Shown here: piece after piece, positions 20,296 to 29,102 of the stretch
Layout of the letters: each line of letters starts with the position of its first letter
Position numbering within the stretch: the stretch's first letter is position 1
NCBI GenBank assembly: GCA_003151815.1
Contig: PLYN01000040.1
Location: 5,859-69,858, forward strand
Source: Bacteroidota bacterium
GTDB lineage: Bacteria > Bacteroidota > Bacteroidia > 2-12-FULL-35-15
Length of the DNA: 64,000 nucleotides
Direction of reading: 5' to 3'
Position numbers and translations under genes: made by a program
Notes under the pieces: model-generated
The model's input: the letters and a program-made list of their open reading frames with translations, nothing else
Told to the model about the DNA's origin: nothing
Databases searched by the model: none

Positions 20296-20468
20296 AGTTC
20301 AAAGTTGGAAAGTTTAAAGTTGCAGCTCATTATTAAACTCGTTTGTCATTTCTACTTTTAGGGACAGAACTTTAAACTTTGAACTTTTCAACTTTAAACT
20401 AAATATTACCCAAAACATTAAACTTTCCAACTTTGAACTTTAAACTAAATACAACTTTAAACTAAAGA
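20290..20468. repeat. Word hairpin of the GTTTAAAGTT/AACTTTAAAC family
   Basis: Left arm gtttaaagttcaaagttggaaagtttaaagttg (20290-20322). Right arms aactttaaactttgaacttttcaactttaaact (20368-20400) and 20419-20468. The thiolase stop TAA (20293-20295) lies inside the left arm. Confidence 0.75.
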
Positions 20469-21245
20469 ATGTACGGAATTTGTAACTTAAGTATAGTGCC
20501 TTGCCGCAAGGAACCATCCGACAAAAGTGAAATGGTAACGCAGCTTTTGTTTGGTGAACATTTTCGGGTCTTGGAAACACAAGGTTCCTGGTGCCGAATA
20601 AAAATTGCTTATGATAATTATGAATGCTGGATCGATAAAAAACAATTTTTACCGATAGAGCAACATACCTTCGATATTCTTGATTCCACAGAAACGTTTA
20701 TCAGTAATGAACTTGTACAAATTATTACTGATAATAAAACAGGAATACTTTTTCCAATAGTTATAGCGAGTTCACTTCCCAATTTCGATAATGGTGAGTG
20801 TGTAGTTGAAAATCAAAGTTTTGTTTATGAAGGTGCATACATCAATGGCTATTTGCCTTTCACTAAAAATGGCATTATAGATATTGCATTGATGTATTTG
20901 AATACCCCTTATTTATGGGGTGGTAAAACACCTTTCGGTATCGACTGTTCCGGTTTTACACAAATGGTATATAAACTGAATGGCATTAAAATTCTGCGTG
21001 ACGCATTCCTGCAAGCACAACAAGGTGAAACATTAAGTTTTGTTGAAGAGGCCGAACCTGGTGACTTAGCTTTTTTTGATAATGAAGAAGGGCATATTGT
21101 TCATGTTGGTATTGTAATGGACGATAATAAAATTATCCACGCTTCCGGTAAAGTACGCATTGATGGTTTTGATCATCAAGGTATCTTTAATAATGAAAAA
21201 GGAAGTTATTCCCATCGTTTAAGACTGTTGAAGAGGATTGTGTGA
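20469..21245 (+). CDS. NlpC/P60 (C40) cell-wall peptidase with an N-terminal SH3b-like domain
   Basis: Catalytic GIDCSGFTQMVYK ... HVGIV ... IHAS. Confidence 0.85.
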   Translation: MYGICNLSIVPCRKEPSDKSEMVTQLLFGEHFRVLETQGSWCRIKIAYDNYECWIDKKQFLPIEQHTFDILDSTETFISNELVQIITDNKTGILFPIVIASSLPNFDNGECVVENQSFVYEGAYINGYLPFTKNGIIDIALMYLNTPYLWGGKTPFGIDCSGFTQMVYKLNGIKILRDAFLQAQQGETLSFVEEAEPGDLAFFDNEEGHIVHVGIVMDDNKIIHASGKVRIDGFDHQGIFNNEKGSYSHRLRLLKRIV

Positions 21246-21281
21246 GTATGAAAAAGATTTAGATAAACTTCGCCTATAAAT

Positions 21282-21902
21282 ATGTTAGGCAAAATATTAA
21301 AATCCGTATTAACATTAAAAAAACACCCATTGACAAGAATTACAATCATAATAATTTCATTATTTCTTTCTAGTTGTATGTTCCATTTTAAAGAGAAAGA
21401 CTTATTAACTTATAACATTTATAATGTAAATAAGATCTTGATATTTAAGAATAAAATAGGAGACTTAGACACTTTTATAATTTCCTCAAAGACAATTATA
21501 AATAAAGGTTGGGATGAAAATACAGGTTGGTATAATCCTCCAATTGCAAATGTAACATTCAAAGACCTACCTTATAACAAATATGGATTAACCGTTATTC
21601 GATGGGCAACAGCGGACACAATAATTCAAGACCAATCACTAATTACCATCTATAAAGACCAACCAAATGCTGAAGTTGAGGAGATAATTGGTTTTAAGGG
21701 GTTTATTGGGACAATTGACTGTAGAAATCAAAAAATAAATGAGCTTGATTCATTAAACTTAGATGTAATTTTTAAAGTGCCTTCATTTGACTTAACAACC
21801 GTTCGTGACTCGACTGAAATAACAAATATATATTGGTCAGACAAATTTGGAATCGTTGGTTATGATTATAAAAATGGCGACCACTGGAAATTGAAAAATT
21901 AA
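21282..21902 (+). CDS. Hypothetical lipoprotein
   Basis: Signal sequence ending in LSSC; 206 aa. Confidence 0.5.
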   Translation: MLGKILKSVLTLKKHPLTRITIIIISLFLSSCMFHFKEKDLLTYNIYNVNKILIFKNKIGDLDTFIISSKTIINKGWDENTGWYNPPIANVTFKDLPYNKYGLTVIRWATADTIIQDQSLITIYKDQPNAEVEEIIGFKGFIGTIDCRNQKINELDSLNLDVIFKVPSFDLTTVRDSTEITNIYWSDKFGIVGYDYKNGDHWKLKN

Positions 21903-21910
21903 AACGCTCA

Positions 21911-22066
21911 GTTCGTGCCGCCGCTCGGCGTAATGTTTCAACATAAATTTTAGTACGGAGTAGCTAAGCGGCAATTGCATTGCCCCCGCTCGGCGTAATG
22001 TTCATCGTTAGAGAATAAATAAATTTACGGAGCAGCTGATCGGTCAATTGTATTGCCGCTCGGAAC
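21911..22066. repeat. About 2.3 tandem copies of a ~71-bp relatively GC-rich unit
   Basis: ccgctcggcgtaatgtt appears at 21921 and 21986. tacggagtagctaagcggcaattgcattgcc (21955) matches tacggagcagctgatcggtcaattgtattgcc (22026). Hairpins follow at 22070-22088 and 22124-22150. Confidence 0.65.
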
Positions 22067-22239
22067 ACAGCAGAATTTGTAATTCTGCAAATCTAAGAAG
22101 GATAATTTAAATTATTAAAATGTTTAAGCGGCATTGCAAATGCCGCTTAGCGGAGCTTAGGTTGTTTTTGTAAAATGTAAGCTATGCTTACAATCAGATA
22201 AAAATAAACCAAACATTATAAAAACGAATCAAAAAGCCT

Positions 22240-22247
22240 TAACTTTG
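22240..22247 (+). promoter_or_regulatory. Candidate -7 promoter box for the TA pair
   Basis: TAACTTTG lies 26 nt upstream of the ATG at 22273. Confidence 0.4.
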
Positions 22248-22272
22248 TGATAACGCTTAATAAAAAAACAAC

Positions 22273-22512
22273 ATGAATATACAGGCAGCAAAACTGGACA
22301 TAGTGCAAAAAATACTGGCGGTAAAAAAAGAATCTATCATCGAAAAGATCAATAAAATATTGGATAAAGAAATGATAGTAGGATATACAGTAGATGGTAA
22401 GCCATTAACAAAAGAAGCCTATAATAAGCGACTGAAAAAAGCGGAAGAACAAATCCAATCTGGAGAATTCCTTACTCAAGAAGAAATAGAAAAGGAATCA
22501 GAAAACTGGTAA
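22273..22512 (+). CDS. Antitoxin (small helical protein) of a type II TA pair
   Basis: 79 aa; its stop overlaps the toxin ATG (TAATG). Confidence 0.55.
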   Translation: MNIQAAKLDIVQKILAVKKESIIEKINKILDKEMIVGYTVDGKPLTKEAYNKRLKKAEEQIQSGEFLTQEEIEKESENW

Positions 22513-22805
22513 TGGAAGCAGTAAAAATTATCTGGTCGAAACAAGCCAAAGCAGCAGTAAAAGATATTTATAATTTTTACAAAGAAAAATCTTTACAAGG
22601 AGCAAAAAATGTAAAGTCAGATATATTGCAAAGTCCCAAAGCAATCCATTTTTCTAAACAATATCAAATAGACGATATTAATCCCAACTACCGAAGAATG
22701 GTAATAAGAGATTATAAATTATTGTATAAAGAAAAAGGAAATACAATTCAAATACTGGATGTTGTCAGTACCAAACAATCACCCGAAAAATTAAAAAGTA
22801 AATAG
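22512..22805 (+). CDS. Type II toxin, RelE/ParE family
   Basis: 97 aa; the YRRMVIRDYKLLYKEKGNTIQILDVVSTKQ core is typical of Bacteroidetes ParE/RelE toxins. Confidence 0.7.
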   Translation: MEAVKIIWSKQAKAAVKDIYNFYKEKSLQGAKNVKSDILQSPKAIHFSKQYQIDDINPNYRRMVIRDYKLLYKEKGNTIQILDVVSTKQSPEKLKSK

Positions 22806-22820
22806 TTCTGTCTTCTTAAA

Positions 22821-23267
22821 TTATGCCATCACAGCCGCCTTACTTATATTTCTATAAGTATACGTGCCGGAAATATGTCGGCGGACAAACCTGCCTTGTG
22901 AATCAGCATTCACTAATTTAACATAAGTGTTTTTTGGAACTTCAAAGTATTCATAAGCGCTTCCATCAATGAAGTCAATTCTAAGCGTTGTTCCGGTATA
23001 TTTAAAGTCGGCAATGCCGGAAGTAGTTATTGTTAGCGTATAATCAGGAAGTGTTTGAGCAATGGTTTCAGGAGCGATGCTTACTAAAAAGTGATACGCC
23101 GCAATAATTTGTTTGCTTTTTTCTTCAGCTTCTAATCTAAGTTCATCATCTTGAAATTTATCAGGATGATATTCCTTCATAAAATTTCTGTAAATGGTTT
23201 TTAATTCATTCAAACTAGCTGTCTTCGTTACACCTAAAAGTTTTCTGTAATCACCAATTTTTTTCAT
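22821..23267 (-). CDS. J-domain protein fused to a KTSC domain
   Basis: N-terminal J-domain with HPD (FMKEYHPDKF). The C-terminal IDFIDGSAYEYFEVPKNTYVKLVNADSQGRFVRRHI is KTSC-like. Confidence 0.7.
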   Translation of the reverse strand: MKKIGDYRKLLGVTKTASLNELKTIYRNFMKEYHPDKFQDDELRLEAEEKSKQIIAAYHFLVSIAPETIAQTLPDYTLTITTSGIADFKYTGTTLRIDFIDGSAYEYFEVPKNTYVKLVNADSQGRFVRRHISGTYTYRNISKAAVMA

Positions 23268-23423
23268 GAGATGTTTATTATTCGTTTCCGATTTTTTTGC
23301 AAAGATAGGCTTTTTTCTGTACGAACGGCACTTATGTTCGTGTGTAAGGCTTCGTCATTCTGAACTTGATTCAGAATCTGTGGGTAGGTTTGCAGCGAAA
23401 ATCATTGTCCTGAGGCCTCGCTC

Positions 23424-23482
23424 GTTTCTCGACTACGCTCAAAATGACAGTCCACATGCCATTTCGAGCGTAGTCGAGAAAC
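23424..23482. repeat. REP-like palindrome (TTTCTCGACnnCGCTCnAAATG family)
   Basis: gtttctcgactacgctcaaaatg pairs with catttcgagcgtagtcgagaaac. A second hairpin, attctgaa/ttcagaat, lies at 23357-23377. Confidence 0.7.
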
Positions 23483-23603
23483 TGTGATAGGTTTTGAAAG
23501 TCTTTCTAAATACTTCGTATATTCGTGGTATTAATTTAATGATTATTGTTAAAGCTGAACATTCATTCTCAAATTTCCAAATTAATAAATTCTCAAATTA
23601 CCA

Positions 23604-24068
23604 ATGAAACGTATCGCCATATTTCCCGGTTCATTCGACCCGATTACAAAAGGTCATGAAAATATTTTGCTTAGGGCACTTCCATTATTTGACGAAGTGA
23701 TCATTGCTATCGGAATAAACAGTAGCAAGCAAAGTTATTTTACATTGGAGCAACGTGAAAATTGGATAAAACAAGTGTTTGCAAACGAGCCGAAAGTACG
23801 TGTAGAAACATATACCGGACTCACCATTAATTTTTGTAAAAAAGTAGGAGCCAATTATATTTTAAGAGGATTAAGAACATCTACCGATTTTGAATTTGAA
23901 AATCTCATTGCACAAAACAATAAGGTGATGGCTCCCGAAATAGAAAGTGTATTTATGATTCCTGTTTCAGAACTTTCCGCAATAAATTCAACCGTAGTGC
24001 GCGACATAATTAGAAATGGCGGCGATCCAACACCATTCATACCGGCATCTATTAAGATAGAAAAATAA
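23604..24068 (+). CDS. coaD: Phosphopantetheine adenylyltransferase
   Basis: AIFPGSFDPITKGH nucleotidyltransferase motif; 154 aa. Confidence 0.9.
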   Translation: MKRIAIFPGSFDPITKGHENILLRALPLFDEVIIAIGINSSKQSYFTLEQRENWIKQVFANEPKVRVETYTGLTINFCKKVGANYILRGLRTSTDFEFENLIAQNNKVMAPEIESVFMIPVSELSAINSTVVRDIIRNGGDPTPFIPASIKIEK

Positions 24069-24117
24069 ATAATATATCTTTCCTTTTTGCGTTTGCGATA
24101 ATTCGAATCCATTCATT

Positions 24118-25542
24118 ATGAATAATAAAACCCTTTTGTTTCTTTTAGCATTTTTAATTCATTTTTTTTCACAGGCACAAAATGTGATAATTAAAGGTCA
24201 GGCTGAAACATATGAAAACAGGGAGATTGGAGTTTGGGTTGATAAAGATTTTATTTCAAATACAGAAAAGCAACTCACCTTTTCCACGATCGATTCCACA
24301 GGCAATTTTCTTTTAGAATTCAATAGTAAAGAAATTCAATACATTACGTTGAAGATCGACAAAAACATTGCATCCATGTATGGTGAACCCAATGCAACAT
24401 ATGAAATAATAATAATGCCGCCCGATTCCACTACTTATCAGAATCCAAATTTAGAACACGATGTAAATATCTCCATTAATCTAAAAAGTAAAACGGAGAT
24501 CAATGCACTCACGATGGATTATGATAAACGCTTTGATGATTTTTTATCAAAGGAATACCGTTCATTCGTCAGCCGCAGTCCGCAAGCAAAGATAGACTCG
24601 TTTAAAGTGGCGATGCATAATTATTATTCAGATGTAAAAAATGATTATTTCGAAGCATATAGAACATACACCATCGCTGCTTTGGAAGAAAAAACCAAGG
24701 TTAGCAGAAAAAAATTATTTGATAATTATTTGAACCAAAAGCCTATTCTTTACCACAATCAGGAATATTTTAATTTTTTCAATACGTTCTATAAACAAGT
24801 TCTTCGAAATTTTTCTCAAACTCAGGGACATGAACTTGTAAATCAAATTGAAATTCAAAGCAACTTTAAAGGTGCGATGGATATTTTGAAGAAGGACGAT
24901 TTTTTAAAGAATGATACTATTCGGGAATTGGTATTAATAAAGGGTTTGTATGAAAGTTATTATGATGGCACTTTTAAAAAAGCAGGAATAGTTAAATTGT
25001 TGGAACACATTACCGAAGAAAGTACAATTGCTGAAGATCAGCAAATAGCACAAAATATTTTAAATTCATTTTCTAAATTAAAACCTGGCGTTTCCGCTCC
25101 GTATTTTGAATTGCCTGATAAAACAGGACTTACACATAACCTCGACGAATTACGTTCCAAGAAATTTGTTTATGTTTTCTTTTTCGATCAGCAATGCATT
25201 TCTTGCTTACAGCAAATGAAAATTATCACTTCATTAAAGAAACAATATGGTACACGCATTGAATTTGTTGGTGTTTCGGTAGATAAAGCCAACGCAGATC
25301 TCAAAAATTTCTGTTTAAAAAATCCGGATTACGATTGGTTATTTTTATTTGATAATAGTGGAACAAAACTGAAAAATAATTATGAGATCAAATCCTTGCC
25401 GGCATATTTTTTAATTGATATGGATGGTAAATTTGTGCAAGCTCCTGCCGAAAGTCCTGATGGCGATATCGATCGTGCGTTTTATGACATCACCAAACCC
25501 AAAGGAAAAAAACACAATGTTGGTGATAAGAGTAATCGCTAA
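24118..25542 (+). CDS. Secreted TlpA-like thiol:disulfide oxidoreductase with a long N-terminal domain
   Basis: Signal peptide; C-terminal thioredoxin fold with CxxC (FDQQCISCLQQ). Confidence 0.7.
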   Translation: MNNKTLLFLLAFLIHFFSQAQNVIIKGQAETYENREIGVWVDKDFISNTEKQLTFSTIDSTGNFLLEFNSKEIQYITLKIDKNIASMYGEPNATYEIIIMPPDSTTYQNPNLEHDVNISINLKSKTEINALTMDYDKRFDDFLSKEYRSFVSRSPQAKIDSFKVAMHNYYSDVKNDYFEAYRTYTIAALEEKTKVSRKKLFDNYLNQKPILYHNQEYFNFFNTFYKQVLRNFSQTQGHELVNQIEIQSNFKGAMDILKKDDFLKNDTIRELVLIKGLYESYYDGTFKKAGIVKLLEHITEESTIAEDQQIAQNILNSFSKLKPGVSAPYFELPDKTGLTHNLDELRSKKFVYVFFFDQQCISCLQQMKIITSLKKQYGTRIEFVGVSVDKANADLKNFCLKNPDYDWLFLFDNSGTKLKNNYEIKSLPAYFLIDMDGKFVQAPAESPDGDIDRAFYDITKPKGKKHNVGDKSNR

Positions 25543-25585
25543 TCTTCCTTTTCCCTTGGGAGAATGTGCCGCAGGCGGATGAGGG

Positions 25586-26194
25586 CTACTTAATTTCCTT
25601 CAACACTTCCTTCACCGACTCAAAAGTATTATCATACACTTTTTTCAAATTTTTGGCGGCGATCCATTTCACATCGGTAATTCCTTCTTCCGTTTGCGGA
25701 ACCAATTCAGTAGCATCATTACATTCCATTTCAAACCAATAGGTGCGTTTTAAAATAGCTTGGTTTTCCATGAAATAAATGTGATAGGTGGATATTAAAT
25801 CTCTTACAATACTAAGTTTTTCAACACCGCACTCCTCTTGAACTTCCCGGATTGCTGCAGTTTTTATTTTTTCACCTTTTTCTATTTTCCCTTTGGGGAG
25901 ATCCCATTTTCCGTTTCTGAAAATAAACAGCCATTCACCTTTTTCATTTTTCACCAAGCCACCCGCAGCTTCAATAACATGAAATAATGCAGAAAAATAA
26001 CTGAACAAATGTTTAAGATCAGGGTTAAAAAAATAAATTTCCTTTAAATCTTTTTTATGCATTAGTTCAAAGTACATTAAACGCAATTCGTCTTTGGATT
26101 GAATGTCAGCTAAAACAGCATTTTTCTTAAGTTTAATAGTAGATTTAGAGTTAATTAAGTAAATTATTTTGGATGGAGAAAATATTTTTATCAT
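25586..26194 (-). CDS. NUDIX hydrolase
   Basis: Nudix box GKIEKGEKIKTAAIREVQEECGV. Confidence 0.85.
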   Translation of the reverse strand: MIKIFSPSKIIYLINSKSTIKLKKNAVLADIQSKDELRLMYFELMHKKDLKEIYFFNPDLKHLFSYFSALFHVIEAAGGLVKNEKGEWLFIFRNGKWDLPKGKIEKGEKIKTAAIREVQEECGVEKLSIVRDLISTYHIYFMENQAILKRTYWFEMECNDATELVPQTEEGITDVKWIAAKNLKKVYDNTFESVKEVLKEIK

Positions 26195-26251
26195 TTTTTT
26201 GTTTGATTAAAATTTCTGCGTTTAATTTAAATAGTTTAATATATTTGTGCC

Positions 26252-26893
26252 ATGAAACTGAATGATGAATCTGCGTTAAAAGTTGCCGAATTCCTACTGC
26301 AAATTAAAGCAATTAAATTACAACCGAACAAACCTTTTACATGGGCATCGGGCTGGAAGTCGCCAATCTATTGCGATAATCGTGTTACGCTTTCTTATCC
26401 AAAGATACGTACTTATATCCGCCAACAATTTGTGAATGTAATTAATGATCAATTTGGAAAACCTGATGTTATTGCCGGCGTTGCTACCGGTGGAATTGCT
26501 CATGGTGCTTTGGTAGCAGAGGAGATGGGCTTACCATTTGTTTACATTCGCTCCGAGGCAAAAAAACACGGTTTGACCAATATGATTGAAGGCGTGGTGG
26601 AAAAAGGACAATCAGTAATAATAATTGAAGACCTTATTTCAACAGGAGGTAGCAGTCTAAAAGCCTTGGATGCTTTACGGATAGCAGGATGCGATGTGAA
26701 AGGAATGGCTGCCATTTTTACCTATGGGTTTAAAGCAGCAACGGATAATTTCAAAAAAGAAAAATGCAAATTGGTTACTTTAAGTGATTATGAAACTTTA
26801 ATCAAGCAAGCTTTAAAATCAAATTATATCACTGAAAAAGATTTAAAATCCTTAAAAGAATGGCGCGAAGAGCCTTCTGAATGGGGACGATAA
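26252..26893 (+). CDS. pyrE: Orotate phosphoribosyltransferase
   Basis: PRPP-binding loop VIIIEDLISTGGS; 213 aa. Confidence 0.9.
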   Translation: MKLNDESALKVAEFLLQIKAIKLQPNKPFTWASGWKSPIYCDNRVTLSYPKIRTYIRQQFVNVINDQFGKPDVIAGVATGGIAHGALVAEEMGLPFVYIRSEAKKHGLTNMIEGVVEKGQSVIIIEDLISTGGSSLKALDALRIAGCDVKGMAAIFTYGFKAATDNFKKEKCKLVTLSDYETLIKQALKSNYITEKDLKSLKEWREEPSEWGR

Positions 26894-26897
26894 ATAA

Positions 26898-27020
26898 GTT
26901 TAAAGTTCAAAGTTGAAAAGTTTAAAGTTTTGTTACGATATGATTTTCAATTTTCCATTTTATTTTTACTTCTCCCTAGTCTTCAACTTTGAACTTTAAA
27001 CTAACAAACTTTAAACTAAA
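26898..27020. repeat. Word hairpin, GTTTAAAGTT/AACTTTAAAC family
   Basis: gtttaaagttcaaagttgaaaagtttaaagttt (26898-26930) faces tcaactttgaactttaaactaacaaactttaaactaaa (26983-27020). Confidence 0.75.
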
Positions 27021-27023
27021 ATT

Positions 27024-27422
27024 ATGACTAAAATAGAAAGCGAAAAAGTTGAGATCAACAATTCTGCTGAAAATATTTATAACTACCTAAGTAATTTCAG
27101 TAATTTCGAAATGTTAATGCCCCCACAGGTTACCAACTGGGAAGCGACTTCCGAAGATTGTTCATTTACCATTAATGGGATGGCAACCATCGGAATGAAA
27201 ATAGTTGAAAAAATTCCTTTCTCAAAAATAATCATCAGCTCGAATGGAAAAGTTCCTTTCGATTTTCAATTATTTGTATATATTACTGAAAAAGGCGCTA
27301 CCAGTTCAGTTGGACAAATTACATTTGAGTCCAATTTAAATCCGATGATGAAAATGATGGTGGAGAAACCGCTAAGTAACTTTTTTAATATGTTGGCTAA
27401 AAAAATGGCGGATATTAAATAA
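27024..27422 (+). CDS. SRPBCC-superfamily protein
   Basis: 132 aa; size and secondary-structure pattern fit a START/Bet v1-like fold. Weak call. Confidence 0.5.
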   Translation: MTKIESEKVEINNSAENIYNYLSNFSNFEMLMPPQVTNWEATSEDCSFTINGMATIGMKIVEKIPFSKIIISSNGKVPFDFQLFVYITEKGATSSVGQITFESNLNPMMKMMVEKPLSNFFNMLAKKMADIK

Positions 27423-27570
27423 GTTTAAAGTTTAAAGTACATGATAATTACCTCAAATATATAGTCCCAACAGGACTTTTAAAACCAAGTTATAAATTGC
27501 TCTTTGTAGACAATTTGTTTATATTCAGAATCAGCCAACTTTAAACTTTGAACTTTCCAACTTTGAACTA
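27423..27570. repeat. Word hairpin, GTTTAAAGTT/AACTTTAAAC family, between convergent genes
   Basis: gtttaaagtttaaagta (27423-27439) faces caactttaaactttgaactttccaactttgaacta (27536-27570). The birA stop (27568-27570) lies inside the right arm. Confidence 0.7.
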
Positions 27571-28326
27571 AAATTTGATCTCATTCAAATAAAACTCCTT
27601 TACTTCATCCGATCTTAACTGCACTTGTAGTTTTCCAAAAGTAGAAACACCAATTATTTTTCCTTCAAAAGTATCGTTGTTAGAAGTATAATTTTTCCAT
27701 TCGTTCAGCTGATAAAGTTTTTGTAAATACTCCGTATTAATACTTTCCAGTTTATTGGCTTTTAACTGTAGATAACGGGCTTCCATAAACTCACAAAGAC
27801 GTTCAATAAATTGTATTAAATCATACGTTGCATTAGTTAACAGAGCAATTGATGTAGCGTTAATGTTTGTTTTAAAAGTGGTCTGGTTTATATTTAATCC
27901 AATGCCTGTAACGGTATTTTTTATAGTATTTTCACGCAACGTATTTTCAATTAAGATACCGGCAATTTTCTTATTGCCAACGTATATATCATTGGGCCAT
28001 TTGATCTTAATATTCTGTGCTTTATCAGATGATTTTAAAGTTTCTGCCATTAAGTCAGAAACAGCTAAGCAAGTGATTTTGTTAAGTAAAAATTGCTTAT
28101 CGGCTTGCAAAAAAGTAGGATATAAAATATAGCTCAAAGTAGCATTTTTATTAGGCTCGCTATCCCATGTGTTACCACGTTGGCCTCTTCCATTTTGTTG
28201 GTCGAATGTATAAATTAGTGTTCCATCATGTGGCTTAATTTGGCGTAGCAATTCACTGGCATAACTGTTGGTAGAGTCTATTGATTTTAAAACAATAGCG
28301 TTTTGCCCTATAAATAATGTTTTCAT
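27568..28326 (-). CDS. birA: Biotin--[acetyl-CoA-carboxylase] ligase (group I, no HTH)
   Basis: QQNGRGQRGNTW (GRGRxG-type biotin-binding loop); 252 aa. Confidence 0.85.
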   Translation of the reverse strand: MKTLFIGQNAIVLKSIDSTNSYASELLRQIKPHDGTLIYTFDQQNGRGQRGNTWDSEPNKNATLSYILYPTFLQADKQFLLNKITCLAVSDLMAETLKSSDKAQNIKIKWPNDIYVGNKKIAGILIENTLRENTIKNTVTGIGLNINQTTFKTNINATSIALLTNATYDLIQFIERLCEFMEARYLQLKANKLESINTEYLQKLYQLNEWKNYTSNNDTFEGKIIGVSTFGKLQVQLRSDEVKEFYLNEIKF

Positions 28327-28352
28327 AGATAGTTAAATGCAAAAGATTTTAT

Positions 28353-28360
28353 TATTTTTG
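28353..28360 (+). promoter_or_regulatory. Candidate -7 promoter box for rsfS-ftsH
   Basis: TATTTTTG lies 58 nt upstream of the ATG at 28418. Confidence 0.4.
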
Positions 28361-28417
28361 TACATATTCAGCAAAACAATTTTGCAAAGAACGAAATAAA
28401 ACAGATAATTTCAATTA

Positions 28418-29077
28418 ATGGTTACTAAGAAAGCAAGTCCTGTTAAAACCGACCGATCATCTGGCGGAAAAAAAGCAGCAAAAAAAATCACAAAAAAATC
28501 CGATGCTACATCCGCCGGAAAAGTTCCAGCAAAAAAAATAGCAGCTAAAAAAGTGGTTGTTATTAAAAAAGTTGCTGTGGTTAAAAAGACTGCAGCTCCT
28601 AAAAAAATTGCAACAAAAACTACAAAAGCGGTTCCGGAAAAATCAGTTAAAAATACCCACCTGAAAAAAGGAGATAAAAACACTTCAAAGGCAAAAGAAA
28701 AACCTCAGTTAAAGGTTAAGAAGGACGCTAATCAATTACTTGTAGATGCTGCTGTTGAAGGTATTTTAGAAGTAAAAGGAAGAGATATTTCTATTCTGGA
28801 TCTAAGAGGCATTAATAATCGTGTATGTGATTATTATATTATTTGCCAGGCTGATTCATCCACGCAAGTGAATGCCATTGCAGGTTCTGTTGATGTAATG
28901 GTGAAAAAACGAATAGGTGAAAAACCGTATCATTCCGAAGGATTTCAAAATTCAGAATGGATTTTAGTTGATTATGTTACTGTGGTAGTGCATGTTTTCC
29001 AATCGGAAGTACGTGAATTTTATAACTTGGAATCATTATGGGCCGATGCTGAAGTGACCAAGATTGCATTTGATTAA
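28418..29077 (+). CDS. rsfS: Ribosome silencing factor RsfS with a ~100-aa Lys/Ala-rich N-terminal extension
   Basis: The C-terminal ~115 aa (LLVDAAVEGILEVKGRDISILDL ... EFYNLESLWADA) is RsfS. The N-terminus is KKAAKK/AAKKVVV low complexity. Confidence 0.75.
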   Translation: MVTKKASPVKTDRSSGGKKAAKKITKKSDATSAGKVPAKKIAAKKVVVIKKVAVVKKTAAPKKIATKTTKAVPEKSVKNTHLKKGDKNTSKAKEKPQLKVKKDANQLLVDAAVEGILEVKGRDISILDLRGINNRVCDYYIICQADSSTQVNAIAGSVDVMVKKRIGEKPYHSEGFQNSEWILVDYVTVVVHVFQSEVREFYNLESLWADAEVTKIAFD

Positions 29078-29102
29078 ACTATATTATTAAGAACGAACGA
29101 AT

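Noticed and set aside
21911-22066. The tandem repeat might be a CRISPR array.
   Set aside because: Only about 2.3 adjacent copies of a 71-bp unit, no repeat/spacer alternation, and no cas genes anywhere in the window.
23266-23487. 73-aa plus-strand ORF upstream of coaD.
   Set aside because: It is composed almost entirely of REP-like palindromes (RHSELDSES-type translation), a typical spurious ORF across repeat elements.
26240-26247. TATATTTG as the pyrE promoter -7 box.
   Set aside because: It ends only 4 nt before the ATG, so a transcript from it would begin at or inside the start codon. It could be a leaderless mRNA, but that cannot be supported from sequence alone.
28411-28683. 90-aa minus-strand ORF (FFAAFF...). 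Similar antisense ORFs at 30914-31225, 62411-62713 and 62499-62750.
   Set aside because: These are mirror-image low-complexity shadows of Lys/Ala-, Lys/Glu- or Pro-rich coding regions on the opposite strand.
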